This document shows, piece after piece, positions 1-11,204 of a stretch of DNA of 64,000 nt. The notes beneath the pieces are model-generated. The model was not told the origin of the DNA and did no database searches. It worked only from the letters and a program-made list of their open reading frames with translations. The position numbers and the translations under genes are program-made. The stretch is from Lama guanicoe. Lineage: Eukaryota. Position 1 is the stretch's first letter, and each line of letters opens with the position of its first letter. The stretch is from positions 1,659,818 through 1,723,817 of the forward strand of contig MU053561.1 in the NCBI GenBank assembly GCA_013239625.1, written 5' to 3'.

Positions 1-269
1 AATAAAGGCTGGACTCTAAGGGAATGTCCATTTGTGCAGGGAGAGTGGGGGGAAAAGTTAGCAACACCCAAGGCTTAGGATAACGATGCAAGTCCCCGGA
101 AGGAATTTCTGCATCACCACTGAGTGAATTTGTTGAAACTAAACCTCTTCCACATTCATGCATTCAGTCAGTCTTTTTTTGAATCAGTATTTTAAGGAAC
201 ATGACATTTCTCAAACCGGCAGTGCTTTTTGCTGGGACCTTATTAACAAGAATAACAACAACTACTCAC

Positions 270-480
270 ATTTGGTAGATGCCTTTTAAGGACAAAATAG
301 TGTCACACACAATGTCTTATTTGATCCCAACAACCTTGTGAGGCTGACTTACAACTTCTCCTGTAGCAAACGAACCAAGAGTCTCAAAGAGGTTAAGTGA
401 CTTGCCTTACACCCACAGCTGCTAATGTCAGAGCCCCATGTTGGAACCCAGGCATTCTGACTCCAAATTCAGGGCTCACC
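270..480 (-). mobile_element. MIR SINE
   Basis: MIR core: caacaaccttgtgagg...gaggttaagtgacttgcc...ttggaacccaggcattctgactcc. Confidence 0.75.
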
Positions 481-1393
481 CTGTTACTTCAAGCTCTTCG
501 GGACAGTCCCTACAGTCAAGGAGGTGACAGTTAATGTTAAGTTACAAGAGCAAGCTCTCTGGGAGTTTTCTATAGAGCTGCTACTGAGAAAGCCTTTCTC
601 CTTATTTTAAAATTTTTAAAAGAACTGCACCAAACACAGACTCTGGGCACACGTTTGGCTCCAGATGGTTGAGTTAGGCATCATCAGTCGTTAGCATCAT
701 TCCCCGGGCTAAAAATGTTCCCCACTTAGGATACTAATCCCTTTGCACAAAGTTGTAAAATACAACAATAAATTAAATTAGACAGGGAAAATAAAATATG
801 AATTGGTAGAAGTTAACTGAGGATTTTCTCTAGAGCTTTTGGGACCTGGGGGTTTTTGAATAGATAAAAAGTCAGAGTAGATCTTGATCAGACATGATGA
901 AGTGATGGTCAGTCTAGAATGTCTGCATCAAAGCACATCTACCTCATGCTGTAACTGAACACACGGGCCCCCATTTCTTTAGCTGGTGAGCCACAGTGTT
1001 GCAGCAGCTCTAGCTCATTCCTTTTTATCCATTTTGCACTTAATTCACTCCTTCCTCAGTAAGTGCAAAGTGCACTGAGTTAAATAGAAGTACGTAAAAT
1101 TCAGGGTGGGATGTTCCCATTTACCAGCCAAATAACCCTGCTCAAATGTCATCTCTTTTGTGAAATCTTGGATTCCTGGAGACAAAGTTCATCTTGCTGT
1201 GTTATAGTGTGGTTGTTTGTTTGTATCCGCCTCTCTCTCCTTTGTGGTGAACGGCTTGAGCATTAGAGAACATGTGTTATTCATCACGAAAACCCCCGTG
1301 CTCTAGGCTAGCAATCCCAAATTGTTCTGATCACATATCCCGTCAGTTAAAAGAAATCGAGCATTTGTTCACGAACATCGTGTGTGTGTATGC

Positions 1394-1422
1394 AGAGAGA
1401 GACAGAGAGAGAGAGAGAGAGA
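1394..1422 (+). repeat. (AG)n microsatellite, one interruption
   Basis: agagagagacagagagagagagagagaga. Confidence 0.9.
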
Positions 1423-2189
1423 TGTACCAGAATACAAAAGTATTACAAATATCATAGAACATCCTCAAAAATAAGAATTAAAAAGCACAGAATAAAGACA
1501 AACATAATCAGGAGTTCTAATATTTTCTTTCCTCCTGAGTAGTCTCGTGCATGCCCAGGGGTGCACTTGGAGACAAAAGCCATTGACTTTCGCCCTTTGG
1601 CAAGATGCAATAAATGTTTGTGCAATGGGTTGGTGGAATGAGTCTCTTTGGCACATCAGGCACTTCCCATGACACCAGTCACTTTCTAAATTAGTGAATC
1701 AGTGCCAAGTGCTTTCCCAGCCTCTGAGCACACTGGTTTGGCGAGAGAAGGGCTGGCTGCAGTCAGCCCACACCCGCCTTTTGCGACCTTTTACAGGAAA
1801 CAACCCGCAGGATGTGTGTGAATGTCTGTGTGATTTGTGTGCTGATTCTTTCATTCTGTGCGTATTTTATTGGTTGTTTACAATGTGCCAATCACAGAGT
1901 TAATTCTAGCCTTCAACCTGGAAAACAGATACGGAGACAAGGAATTCTATTCCTGTATGATGACGTGTTCTATTTTTAAAAATTCTATTACCGAATGAGT
2001 CTATTAACCATATTCTGTTCTAATACCACGTTACCATATTCTATTACTTTATAATAACAGAGAAGTTTTTAAAGGTATGTTGACTACACAGAGCACTGCC
2101 TAAATCTTTCTAAAGTTTGAGGGATTGGCTTTAGGAACATGGCTTGAAAGCTGAATGGGGGAATTTATGAAGTAATGAAGGAGGAGGGG

Positions 2190-2500
2190 GGAATTCTAGG
2201 CAAAGGAATCAGCCCATGCAAAAAAAGGCAGATGTAAGACAGCACCACGTAACCAAAGAACTCCAGATAGTGGGTATCCTTGATGGATAGGAGGGAAAGT
2301 GGAAGGAGTGGCAGGAATGAGGCTGCACAGGAGTGTCGAGGCCAGGTCATAAAGAGTTCGTTATGCTCTGCTAAGAAGTGAACACTTTATCTTTTTGGTA
2401 TGGGAGCCATTGAGGAATTCTGAGCAGGAAAGTAAACTGAGGTGAAGATACTAAGATCAGCATGCAGGAAAAATTCTGCAGGAAGGTGGAGGGGTGGCAC
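2190..2500 (-). mobile_element. L2 fragment
   Basis: ggccaggtcataaagag...ctttatctttttggtatgggagccattgaggaattctgagcagg resembles antisense L2. Confidence 0.55.
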
Positions 2501-3314
2501 TGTTAAAAAACAATCAATTGTTGTATAGCATTTACATTGTATATATAATTTTTTAACTGTCTTGTTATAAAAGCAATACATGTTAATTGTAGAAAATTTA
2601 GAAAATATAGAAAGACCATAGCCCATACAGTAGTAGGTACTTAAGTATCTCTAGAATATTCCACCATTCAGAGATGTATGCTTCTTTTTTAAAAATCTGA
2701 ATTATGTATGCTTTCTGTCATATCCTTTTCCCATATTATGGCACTAGCCTTTTTCTAAAGCCATATCCAGTGTCTATATAATAGAAAGCATGTCTCTATT
2801 CAAGTATTCATTTAACCACTCCCCCTTCTGCTAAATATAGACTGTTTACCAATAGTTATAACTCTGATTGTTTCCTTATGAAAAATTTCAAGAAGTGGAA
2901 TTACGGGGTCAAAGAATATAAATCTTTTGAAAGCTCTTGACACACATTGTCAAAATTCATTTGAGATAATTTGTGCCAACCCACATTCCTTCTAACAGTT
3001 CCAATTTAACCACACCCTCTTCAACATTGTGTTTTTGTATTTTAGTCAATTTGATAAGCAAAAATTATAAGATTGAGCATTTAATCATATTTTATTGGCC
3101 ATGTTTTGTGACTATGGAATTCATTAATGTGAAATGATTATGTAATTTAATTTTCAGATTTCTCGTAATAATGGGAGGGGACCCACTATTGTCTAAATTC
3201 AGAACAGGGAGTGTTTGCTTTAAGTGTTTTCAAAGCAGATTTTAGATGCTGTAAGGGATACAAAAAGAAAGAAGCCATTCTCAGGGCCCTGCAGAAGCTC
3301 GGGATACACTGCAG

Positions 3315-3946
3315 GATCCAGCAATCCCACTCTGGGGTACACATCCAGAAAAAACTCTAATTCAAAAAGACACATGCACTCCAATGTTCATAGCAGCACT
3401 ATTTACAATAGCCAAGACATGGAGACAACCTAAATGTCCACTGACAGATGAATGGATAAAGAAGCTGTGGTACATGTATACAATGGAATACTCAGCCATA
3501 AAAAAGAATAAAACAATGCCACTTGCAGCAACAGATGAACCTAAAGATTATCATACTAAGTGAAGTAAGTCAGAGAGAGAAAGGCAAATATCATATGATG
3601 TTGCTTATATGTGGAATCTAAAAAAAAAGATACAGATTTTATTTACAAACCAGAAATAGACTCATGGACATAGAAAATAAGCTGCAGTTACTGGTGAGGG
3701 GGTGGTGGGGAGCAATAGATTAGGAGTTTGGGATTAACAGATACACAGTACTATATATAAAATAGGTTAACAACAAGGACTTACTTTATAGCACAGGGGA
3801 CTATATTCAATTTTTTTGTAATGAGCTATAATAGAAAAGAATTTTTAAAAATATATATGTATAACTAAATTGCTTTGCTGTACACTTGAAATTAACATTG
3901 TAAATCAACTACACTTCCATAGAGAAATAAGAATTAAAAACAAAAA
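3315..3946 (+). mobile_element. 5'-truncated L1 (ORF2 end + 3'UTR + A-rich tail)
   Basis: atccagcaatcccactctggg...ccaatgttcatagcagcactatttacaatagccaagacatgg...acattgtaaatcaactacacttc. Confidence 0.92.
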
Positions 3947-3949
3947 CTT

Positions 3950-4695
3950 TATACTCCTAGGCCCTCACCTCCAGAGATTGATTTGGTAGTTCTGGGGGTA
4001 GATCCCAGGTAATCAGTCTTTAGAGTCCCAGGTGTTCTGGGGCAGGCGGTCCACAGGGCACACAGAGGAACACTGATGCGAAACTGCACCACATCATCTG
4101 CTCACAAAGGGCGTTCCCAGTAGCCAGCCGGGAGACCTCAAGGCTCTATATGCCTCCTCTATAACTAATGAGTCAACAAGATTAGGAAAGAACAGAGGAA
4201 ACTTATGAAACAAGACTCTTTATGAAACAGGTCTGGAATAGATTGAAAGGAGGTAACAGTAGCCCTTGAAGAACAAAATCAAGCTAGAGACACACTACAA
4301 CTCTGATAACTGTGGAGGAACAGAGTACTGAGGGGAAAAGAGGAGGGAGCCGACACACTGAATACATTCTTTACCCAGCAGAGCATTGGCAGAAATCCCA
4401 CTCCAGGCTCTCCTCTGAAATGAGCAGCTTGGTAATTCTATATTTTAAAAAAATAAATATTAAAAAATTAAGGCAATACAGATAACTAAGAAAAGGCACT
4501 CAAGGGTGCTGATAATATGCAGGTTAAATATGTTACTATGAAAGGCCACAAAGGCAAGTGGAAGGCAGTAAGTAGCTCTCAGACCTGGAGAACACCAGGC
4601 ACTTCTGGCTGGAGCCCAGGAATCCGCATGTCTAACCAGTTCCCAGGTGGTGCCGATGCTGCTGATCTGGGAGACACACCTTATAATCACTGGGT
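3950..4695. mobile_element. MER5-like hAT-Charlie fragments (about 3950-4075 and 4580-4695)
   Basis: ggagcccaggaatccgcatgtctaaccagttcccaggtggtgccgatgctgctg is typical of MER5A. Confidence 0.65.
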
Positions 4696-4789
4696 TAAAA
4701 AAAGGTCTCTATTAATTTGAAGGCATGAATCTCGCCATATCTGTACCAGCTTGATCACCTGACTTCTAAATTCACAAGAAAAAAAGAGT

Positions 4790-5230
4790 TAAAACTAGGT
4801 TAAACAAAGAGGGAGGGTACTGGCTTGTAGACACCAGAAGCCTAGGCAGGTTTTAGGATCAGTTTAGCCCCAAAGCTCCAGCCCCACTTGCTGCATCTGT
4901 GGGGTGGCTCCCTCTTCCGATGGACGTGGGGTGGCTGCAGCCTCTTCCTGCAGCTCCGTCAGAACTGAGCACAAGGGGTCCAGCAGCCCCAGGAAGCCAC
5001 TCCTCACGTCCCATGGGCTTGAACTAGGTCACGTGCTCATCATGAACCAGTCCTGGACCAGGGGGATTAGGATTATTTCTGGTGCAAAAGGGTCCACCCC
5101 TGGAGCTGCATTTCCCCTGAAGCACATGAGCTGAATGGGAGAGGGGTCAGTGCCTGATAAAAAAGGTCAGATTCTCCTAGGAAGGAAGAAAGGTGCTGGG
5201 TGAGTGGAATCCTAACTAAATGGCAAATAC
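4790..5230. mobile_element. MLT1-like (ERVL-MaLR) LTR remnant
   Basis: ctcctcacgtcccatgggcttgaactaggtcacgtgctcatcatgaaccagtc resembles MLT1J/K. Confidence 0.5.
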
Positions 5231-5442
5231 CACACTGAGTGGTCCAGTGTTGGGACGCAGGGAGATGGGGGACCAGCCATATTCTGATATCTAGGCTGAT
5301 CAGTGACTGGCAGGGTATCAGCCCCTGGGCTCAGACTGAGGCAGGATCTTAGGAGACTGGGTTAGGATTTAAGGAGAAGAAGGCTAGGAAATGAGGAAGT
5401 TTCTAAGACACAATGTTCAGGCCAGGGGACAAGAGACAGAGC

Positions 5443-5941
5443 TATATTTAGGGAGGTACCTCTTAACCTTTACCCTCAGGGTTCTTCTCAGGCTGGGCCT
5501 GAGAATTTAATTGGCATTGGACAGATTACCGGGAGAAAAGCACAGAAGTTTGCGTGTGTTTTACCTGACCTGACATGGCAGCCCTGTTAAGGAAATGAAA
5601 ACTTACTCCCAAAGAAATGGCAAAAACTATGGGCCTTTATGTCAGGTTGAACTGAGAGAGGCAGTGTGAAAAAGTAGCAGAACTATGTGGGGAGGCTAAA
5701 AGAAGGTAAGAATTAGTTCAGCAAGGTCTGTTTGCAGAGAGCTCTCTCCTCCCAGCTTCTTGTCCTCAGGGATGCTGATGTTAATTTCCTTCTGGGGTGG
5801 GGAGGGCACCTTTCACGTGGAAGTTTTTATCTCCAGTTTTCACGAAGAAGAGATTAGAATGTTCTTTTTGTATCTTGCTGTTTAAGTGCCTTTAGTTCAA
5901 AATCATCCTTATGCCAAAGTGGCTTATTCTGCCACCCTTCA
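5443..5941 (-). mobile_element. ERV1 solo LTR, MER34-like
   Basis: Minus strand begins TGAAGGGTGGCAGAATAAGCCACTTTGGCATAAGGATGATTTTGAACTAAAGGC; 4-bp TSD GAGC at 5439-5442 and 5942-5945. Confidence 0.8.
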
Positions 5942-6772
5942 GAGCTGTTAGGACGGAGGGGTTTCCCTGTCTCAGGGGGGAAAAAGAAGCTCAGCTGTTT
6001 GGAGTGGAGGCGCCAGGAAGAGACAAAATTAGTTAAAGAGTATCGAGAGTATTTAAACATAAAAACTTGGGCTAAAAAGCTCTATATCCCTGCAGCTAAG
6101 ATGAGGATTGGGTATGGAGACTGGGGAGGGGCTAGGATATAGTGTAATTGTGGAGAGAGTCCTGGTCTGGTGTCTCACGGTGCTCTGGAACCGTTCATGT
6201 GTTAGTCTGAGAACCTACTCCTACGTGCAGTCAACTCCTGGAGCTTTGTAATGGTAGCTGTGGGCATCTGAAAACACTCACCTTCGAGTCAAACAAGAAA
6301 GAACTCCAAAGACACCGTTTTTATATTTATTGAATGACATATGCGTCAGATTCTGTGAAGGGATTCAGAAAGGTGAGTCAGATCAGGACCCGCCCTTCCA
6401 AGCTCCTAGAGGGTACAAACCTTGAGCACAAATAATTTCAATACAGGAGAGTTAAATCCCTTCGGGAGGATGCAGAAAAGTCGTGGCGTTGCTCAGGGGT
6501 AGTTCTCACTACAAGCCGAAAGAACCAAGAATGACTTCACAGGGGTAGGAGCATCAAGAGCTTGATCTAAAAATTTGCCATGACAGTAGAATCATGTGTT
6601 CTTAACACACACCTAAAGCCAATACGCACCTGAGCTTTCTATATCATCCCTCCCTATACTGTCACATTCAGCTTTAAGTGCCTTATATATTTTGCAGGTA
6701 TGTAACAAACACTCCTTAATAGAAAAGGGAGGCTTTGCTTTTTCCTTCCTTGGAAGAGTAATCTCAACAACC

Positions 6773-6924
6773 TTTTTTTTTTAATTGAAGTATAGTCAGT
6801 TTACAGTGTTGTGTCAATTTTCTGTTATACAGCATAATGTTATCACTTATACGAGGAATCTAAAAACAAAGACACAGATGAACTTATTTACAAAAGAGAA
6901 ACAGACTCAAGACATAGAAACCAA
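6773..6924 (-). mobile_element. Very short L1 with 5' inversion
   Basis: Antisense poly-T + L1 3' end (6773-6840) abutting a sense L1 3'UTR piece (6841-6924). Confidence 0.8.
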
Positions 6925-8253
6925 CCAACATTTCTAAGACAGAGTCCTGTGCTTTTTGACATGTGCATAGTGGATGTTCAAAATGCACATCTCCTCTGGG
7001 AAATTCATCACGTTTCAAATTATACATGTCTGTTAAAGCATAGATCTGTTCTACCTTCCATGTATTTGTTATTGCTGCTTCTGAAACTTCCTCACAGCCC
7101 CAAAGAGGTCTTAATCCCTGTCAAATGTTATTATGTTACCGACTTTTATGTAGTCTTGAAAAGGGTTGTTTATTTAGTTTCAGTGACTCCTTGTTACTGC
7201 CAAATATTATTTCATTTCAGCACAGATGTAAGGGGTCCAATGACTGGAATTATTTTACAGCCCTGACATTGTCGAGAGATGGATACCAGTTTAATTATGG
7301 ACAGCTGAAAATGATCCAGGAGTCACCTGCTACAGATATTTATCATCATTACGAACTTCTCACCAAGCTGTGGTCTGAGCGCTTTCATAACGTTCCATTT
7401 GCTTTAGACAGACAGGATGATCTATATGGAGCCTGGATCTTCCGTCACCTTTAAATTTATGTATGGACAGCTTAATATTGCTTGATTATTTTCTTTTCCT
7501 CTGCTGGAAGTGAGAAAATACGTTTCCGTCACGCCTATTCTTTTTCTCTCCTCTTTTTCTGTCTCTCTCTGTTGCCTGCTCTCACTGCTGCCTTTCTCCT
7601 TCCAGCTGTTTTTCCAATTATGCCTCATTGGAAATTATTCATTACTTAAAGAATGTGAACTGGATAGACTAGACGTGTAAAGGATCGAGTAATGCAATGA
7701 CTGCAATATAGTTGGCACTCAGTAAGTGCAGAAGGAATGAAGCGGGGAAGAGACAGGAGGGAGGCTGAGGAGTTGCAGGACGCCTATATAGTTCCTCCGT
7801 CTCATTTTAGAAGAAGAGTAACAAACTTCCTCCTTCTCTGCCGCCTCCCATTATACGCTGCACCATAACAGAACTGGGTTTTACACCTTTTCTTTATATC
7901 TCTGCTTTCCGGAAATAGATCTTGGTCTGTCCTTGTCAGAGGAGAGACAGGGGTAATTGAAAGGTGCAACCAGGTTACCACCAGCTGATAATAAATTAAG
8001 GTCCCCTTCTGCCTGCCCAAATGCACATCACTTCGTGCCTCTTCCCTTTCCCCTAACCTGAGCCGAAAGGTCTTCAAGAATTACAGTTCCAACCCTGCCC
8101 TGGATAGAAGCACACCAAGAGTAACAGCTAATTTTAATGAAGGTCTCCTGTGCGTCTGTCACTCACCATGCTGAGTCTTCTTACATGTCATTTCGTTCAA
8201 TTCTCAAAGGAGTCTTGTGAGATCAGCACTGTTCGTATTCTCTTTCTGTACAT

Positions 8254-8437
8254 CAGTGGTTCTCAACCAGGGACAGTTTTGTCCCCCAGGGAAATTTGGC
8301 AATGTCTGACAATACCTTTGGTTGTCACAACAGGTCGCTGGGGGCGTGCTAGACATCTTTCAGTGCACAGGGAAACCTTCTGCAACAAAGAATTCCCTGG
8401 CTCAACATGCCGATAGTACCACTGTTGAGAAACCCTG
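8254..8437. mobile_element. MER20 DNA transposon inserted into a MIR (MIR about 8180-8540)
   Basis: TIRs CAGTGGTTCTCAAC / GTTGAGAAACCCTG; MIR sequence continues on both sides. Confidence 0.85.
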
Positions 8438-10139
8438 CTGCAGCGTAAAAAGCTGAAGTTTAAAGGAATTGAGTGACTTGCCCCAGGCTACCCAGGGGTA
8501 TTTGAGAAGACTGGAATACAGACGCAGCCTGTGTACTGCATTACACTGCCCATCAGTCGTTACGGCTTCAGCAGCCGCTTCATCATCCCTTGTACCAAAG
8601 GAGCTAAAATTCCCAAGAAGTATCTCTTCATATAAAAGCATCTCCATATAATTGGCCCTTTTCAGTCATTTGCAAATCACGTGCTTGTCCATCCTTTGTA
8701 TCGAATAAGCAGAATCAGGCCCACCTAAAGCAGTCTTTCACTCTAAACATTGAAAATTTTGTGAAACACACATGCACGTACATACACTGGGGCAGAGGTT
8801 AGTTCCTCTGACTTTTTCATATTACAAGCAGATACAGCATATATAAGACAAAAGCAGAGTGTACAGCAACAAACTTTGAAGACGGCACATTTACTTTAAT
8901 GAATGAATTATATACATTTAATCTGGCATGTATTTAATAATAAACATAATTTGTGTTCTACAGGATAACTAGCTAGAAGTGGTAAATAGCAGTATTATGT
9001 TTAAGGTGCCAAAGATGTTAGCATTCTTCCCTTTTTATTAACTCTTCAATATCTACCATCCTTGTTTTGACAATGTTTTTACAAACTGAGTATCTTTTAA
9101 TAATCTTAATCATCCCCAAAGGCAGCACATAAACACATGTAGTCTTGTGCAGACATGCACACATATGCATGCACACAGGCATATGCGTGCACAGACACAT
9201 GTACACACGCACAGACACCACATGACCACACACACGCAGACACAATCACACACAGCCAAGTCCTAGGTCTTATTCCCCAGAGCAGTCTCCTCTGCCTTTA
9301 TTCCTCTCTCACAATACAGAGCCACGATCTCACCAGTTTTCTCCCCCACCCACCCACCCACTCACCTTCTCAGATGCTTCTCCTCTGACTCTGGTCCAAA
9401 GGGTATTTCCATTTTCCCTTCAGGTCCCTTCCTCTGAATGACCTAGTCCTGGAGTATAAGAGCAACTCCAGGCAGTGAAACCTGAGCGTGGGGTGCAGAG
9501 GAAACCAGCCCTGGCCGCAAGGCTGCTGTCACCCTCCAGCCTCCAAGCACCACAAAGGCGAAACTGTATTTACCCTCAGAGCCAGCCTTAGTTAGGCATT
9601 GCGAGCTTTCAGGTGAGAAAGAATAGCTATTCTGCCCTAAATTCTCAGTTGCCACGCCTATTACTTATTGCTTGGAATTGCATCAGCAGTTGCCAGTCCC
9701 TTTCATTCTGTAACTAAGGGATAAAATCTTTAAGTACAGTTTACTCCCTGGTATGAGTAAAATTCATTCAAAGTGAGTGACCAGTTTAAATCTTTTCTGT
9801 TTTAGTGACAGGATGGATTTAGAAAGCAAAAAGTCACTCTGTATCTTTCTGAATTTTTCCTCAGATCAGCCCCGTTTATCCTCAGCTCTACAAATTTCTT
9901 GAGGGGCCAGAAAAAAATGCCTTTGCCTGGAAGTCATAGATTTCCATTACCTTTCACTTAGAGTGCTATATAAATCTGAGCAGATAATTATTAGTATGTA
10001 TGTACTGAAATGTATGTACGCTTTTCCTGTGTCAGTCAACTTTGCCAAGGATGGTGCCAAATAGGGTATCTTTCCTTTCAGTTTTGGAGTAAAAACCAAA
10101 GGGACAAAGTGATGGGATAATTAAATAAGCATAATTTTA

Positions 10140-10312
10140 TTTATTTATTTTTATCAAGCTATAGTTGATTTACAATATTGTATTAGTTTCAGGTGTACAG
10201 GAAAGTGATTCAGTTATACGTATAAATACTTTTTCAGATTCTTTTCCATTATCATTTATTATAAGATATTGAATATAGTTCCCTGTGCTATACAGTAAAT
10301 CCTTGTTGTTTT
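10140..10312 (-). mobile_element. Short L1 3' end
   Basis: T-rich tail, atagttgatttacaatattg...ccctgtgctatacagt; TSD aataagcataatttta (10124-10139) / aatgaacataatttta (10313-10328). Confidence 0.88.
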
Positions 10313-10369
10313 AATGAACATAATTTTAAATGAAATATTAATTTTTTCACTTTTCACTATCACACAGAC

Positions 10370-10580
10370 ACGTCCTGACCAAAACAGTAACCACTAGTTA
10401 TATATGGCTATTTAAATTTGACTTTTAATCAGTTAATCAATAAAATGTAAAATTCAGTTCCTCTATCACACTAGAAATATTCAAGTGCTCAGTAACCACC
10501 AGTGCCTGGTGGCTACTTTATTGTACAGAACAGGTAAAGAACATTTCCACGATCACAGAAAGACATGTCAGTATTGATAC
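10370..10580 (-). mobile_element. MER3 DNA transposon
   Basis: ccactagtta..tggctatttaaattt...aaattcagttcctc...tcaagtgctcagtaaccac...gtggctac...gaacatttccacgatcacagaaag. Confidence 0.8.
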
Positions 10581-10953
10581 AGACAATGAAAAATTGGAGA
10601 ATATACAGTGTTAATGAAGGCAGTGGAGAAACAGACCCTTTCATGTAGTGGCGATGGGAACAAAAATGCTGCTAACTTTTCAAATATCAATTTAGAAGTG
10701 TCAGTAAATACTTAAAATACACATGCACTTAATAGAAAAGAACTGAAATTACCTCAATATCCATCAATAGGAAACTGGTTAAATAAATGACCAAACACCC
10801 ATACAGTAGAAGATTGTGCAAATAATTTTAAAATACATATATAAACAATACATGCCAGCACAGAAAGCCATGCTAGATAACTTTGGATGTAAAAACACAA
10901 ATCACTTGACAATATGAAAGTATGAGACTATTTGTATTAAAATATAAAAGGAG

Positions 10954-11001
10954 ATATATATATATGTATGTGTGTGTGTGTGTGTGTATGCATATATATA
11001 T
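10954..11001 (+). repeat. Compound (TA)n(TG)n microsatellite
   Basis: atatatatatatgtatgtgtgtgtgtgtgtgtgtatgcatatatat. Confidence 0.9.
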
Positions 11002-11174
11002 GAAATTACTTAAGGATACACCACGACTGGTTAATGGAATGGTGGAGGAGATTGGGGAGCATTTTCTTTTCATTTTACATCCTCTGATACTTTTTGGACT
11101 TTTTACTATGATGAGGAACCATTGCACTCAGTCATACATTAAGGAAATGAGATAACCAAAAGAATGTGATGCCA

Positions 11175-11204
11175 AATGAATGAATGAATGAATGAACGAA
11201 TGAA
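11175..11204 (+). repeat. (AATG)n tetranucleotide repeat
   Basis: aatgaatgaatgaatgaatgaacgaatgaa. Confidence 0.9.

Noticed and set aside
7125..7454. 109-aa ORF with an acceptor-like site at 7260
   Set aside because: Unrecognised peptide; in the host intron's phase 0 it reads CCC TGA, and no good donor is evident.
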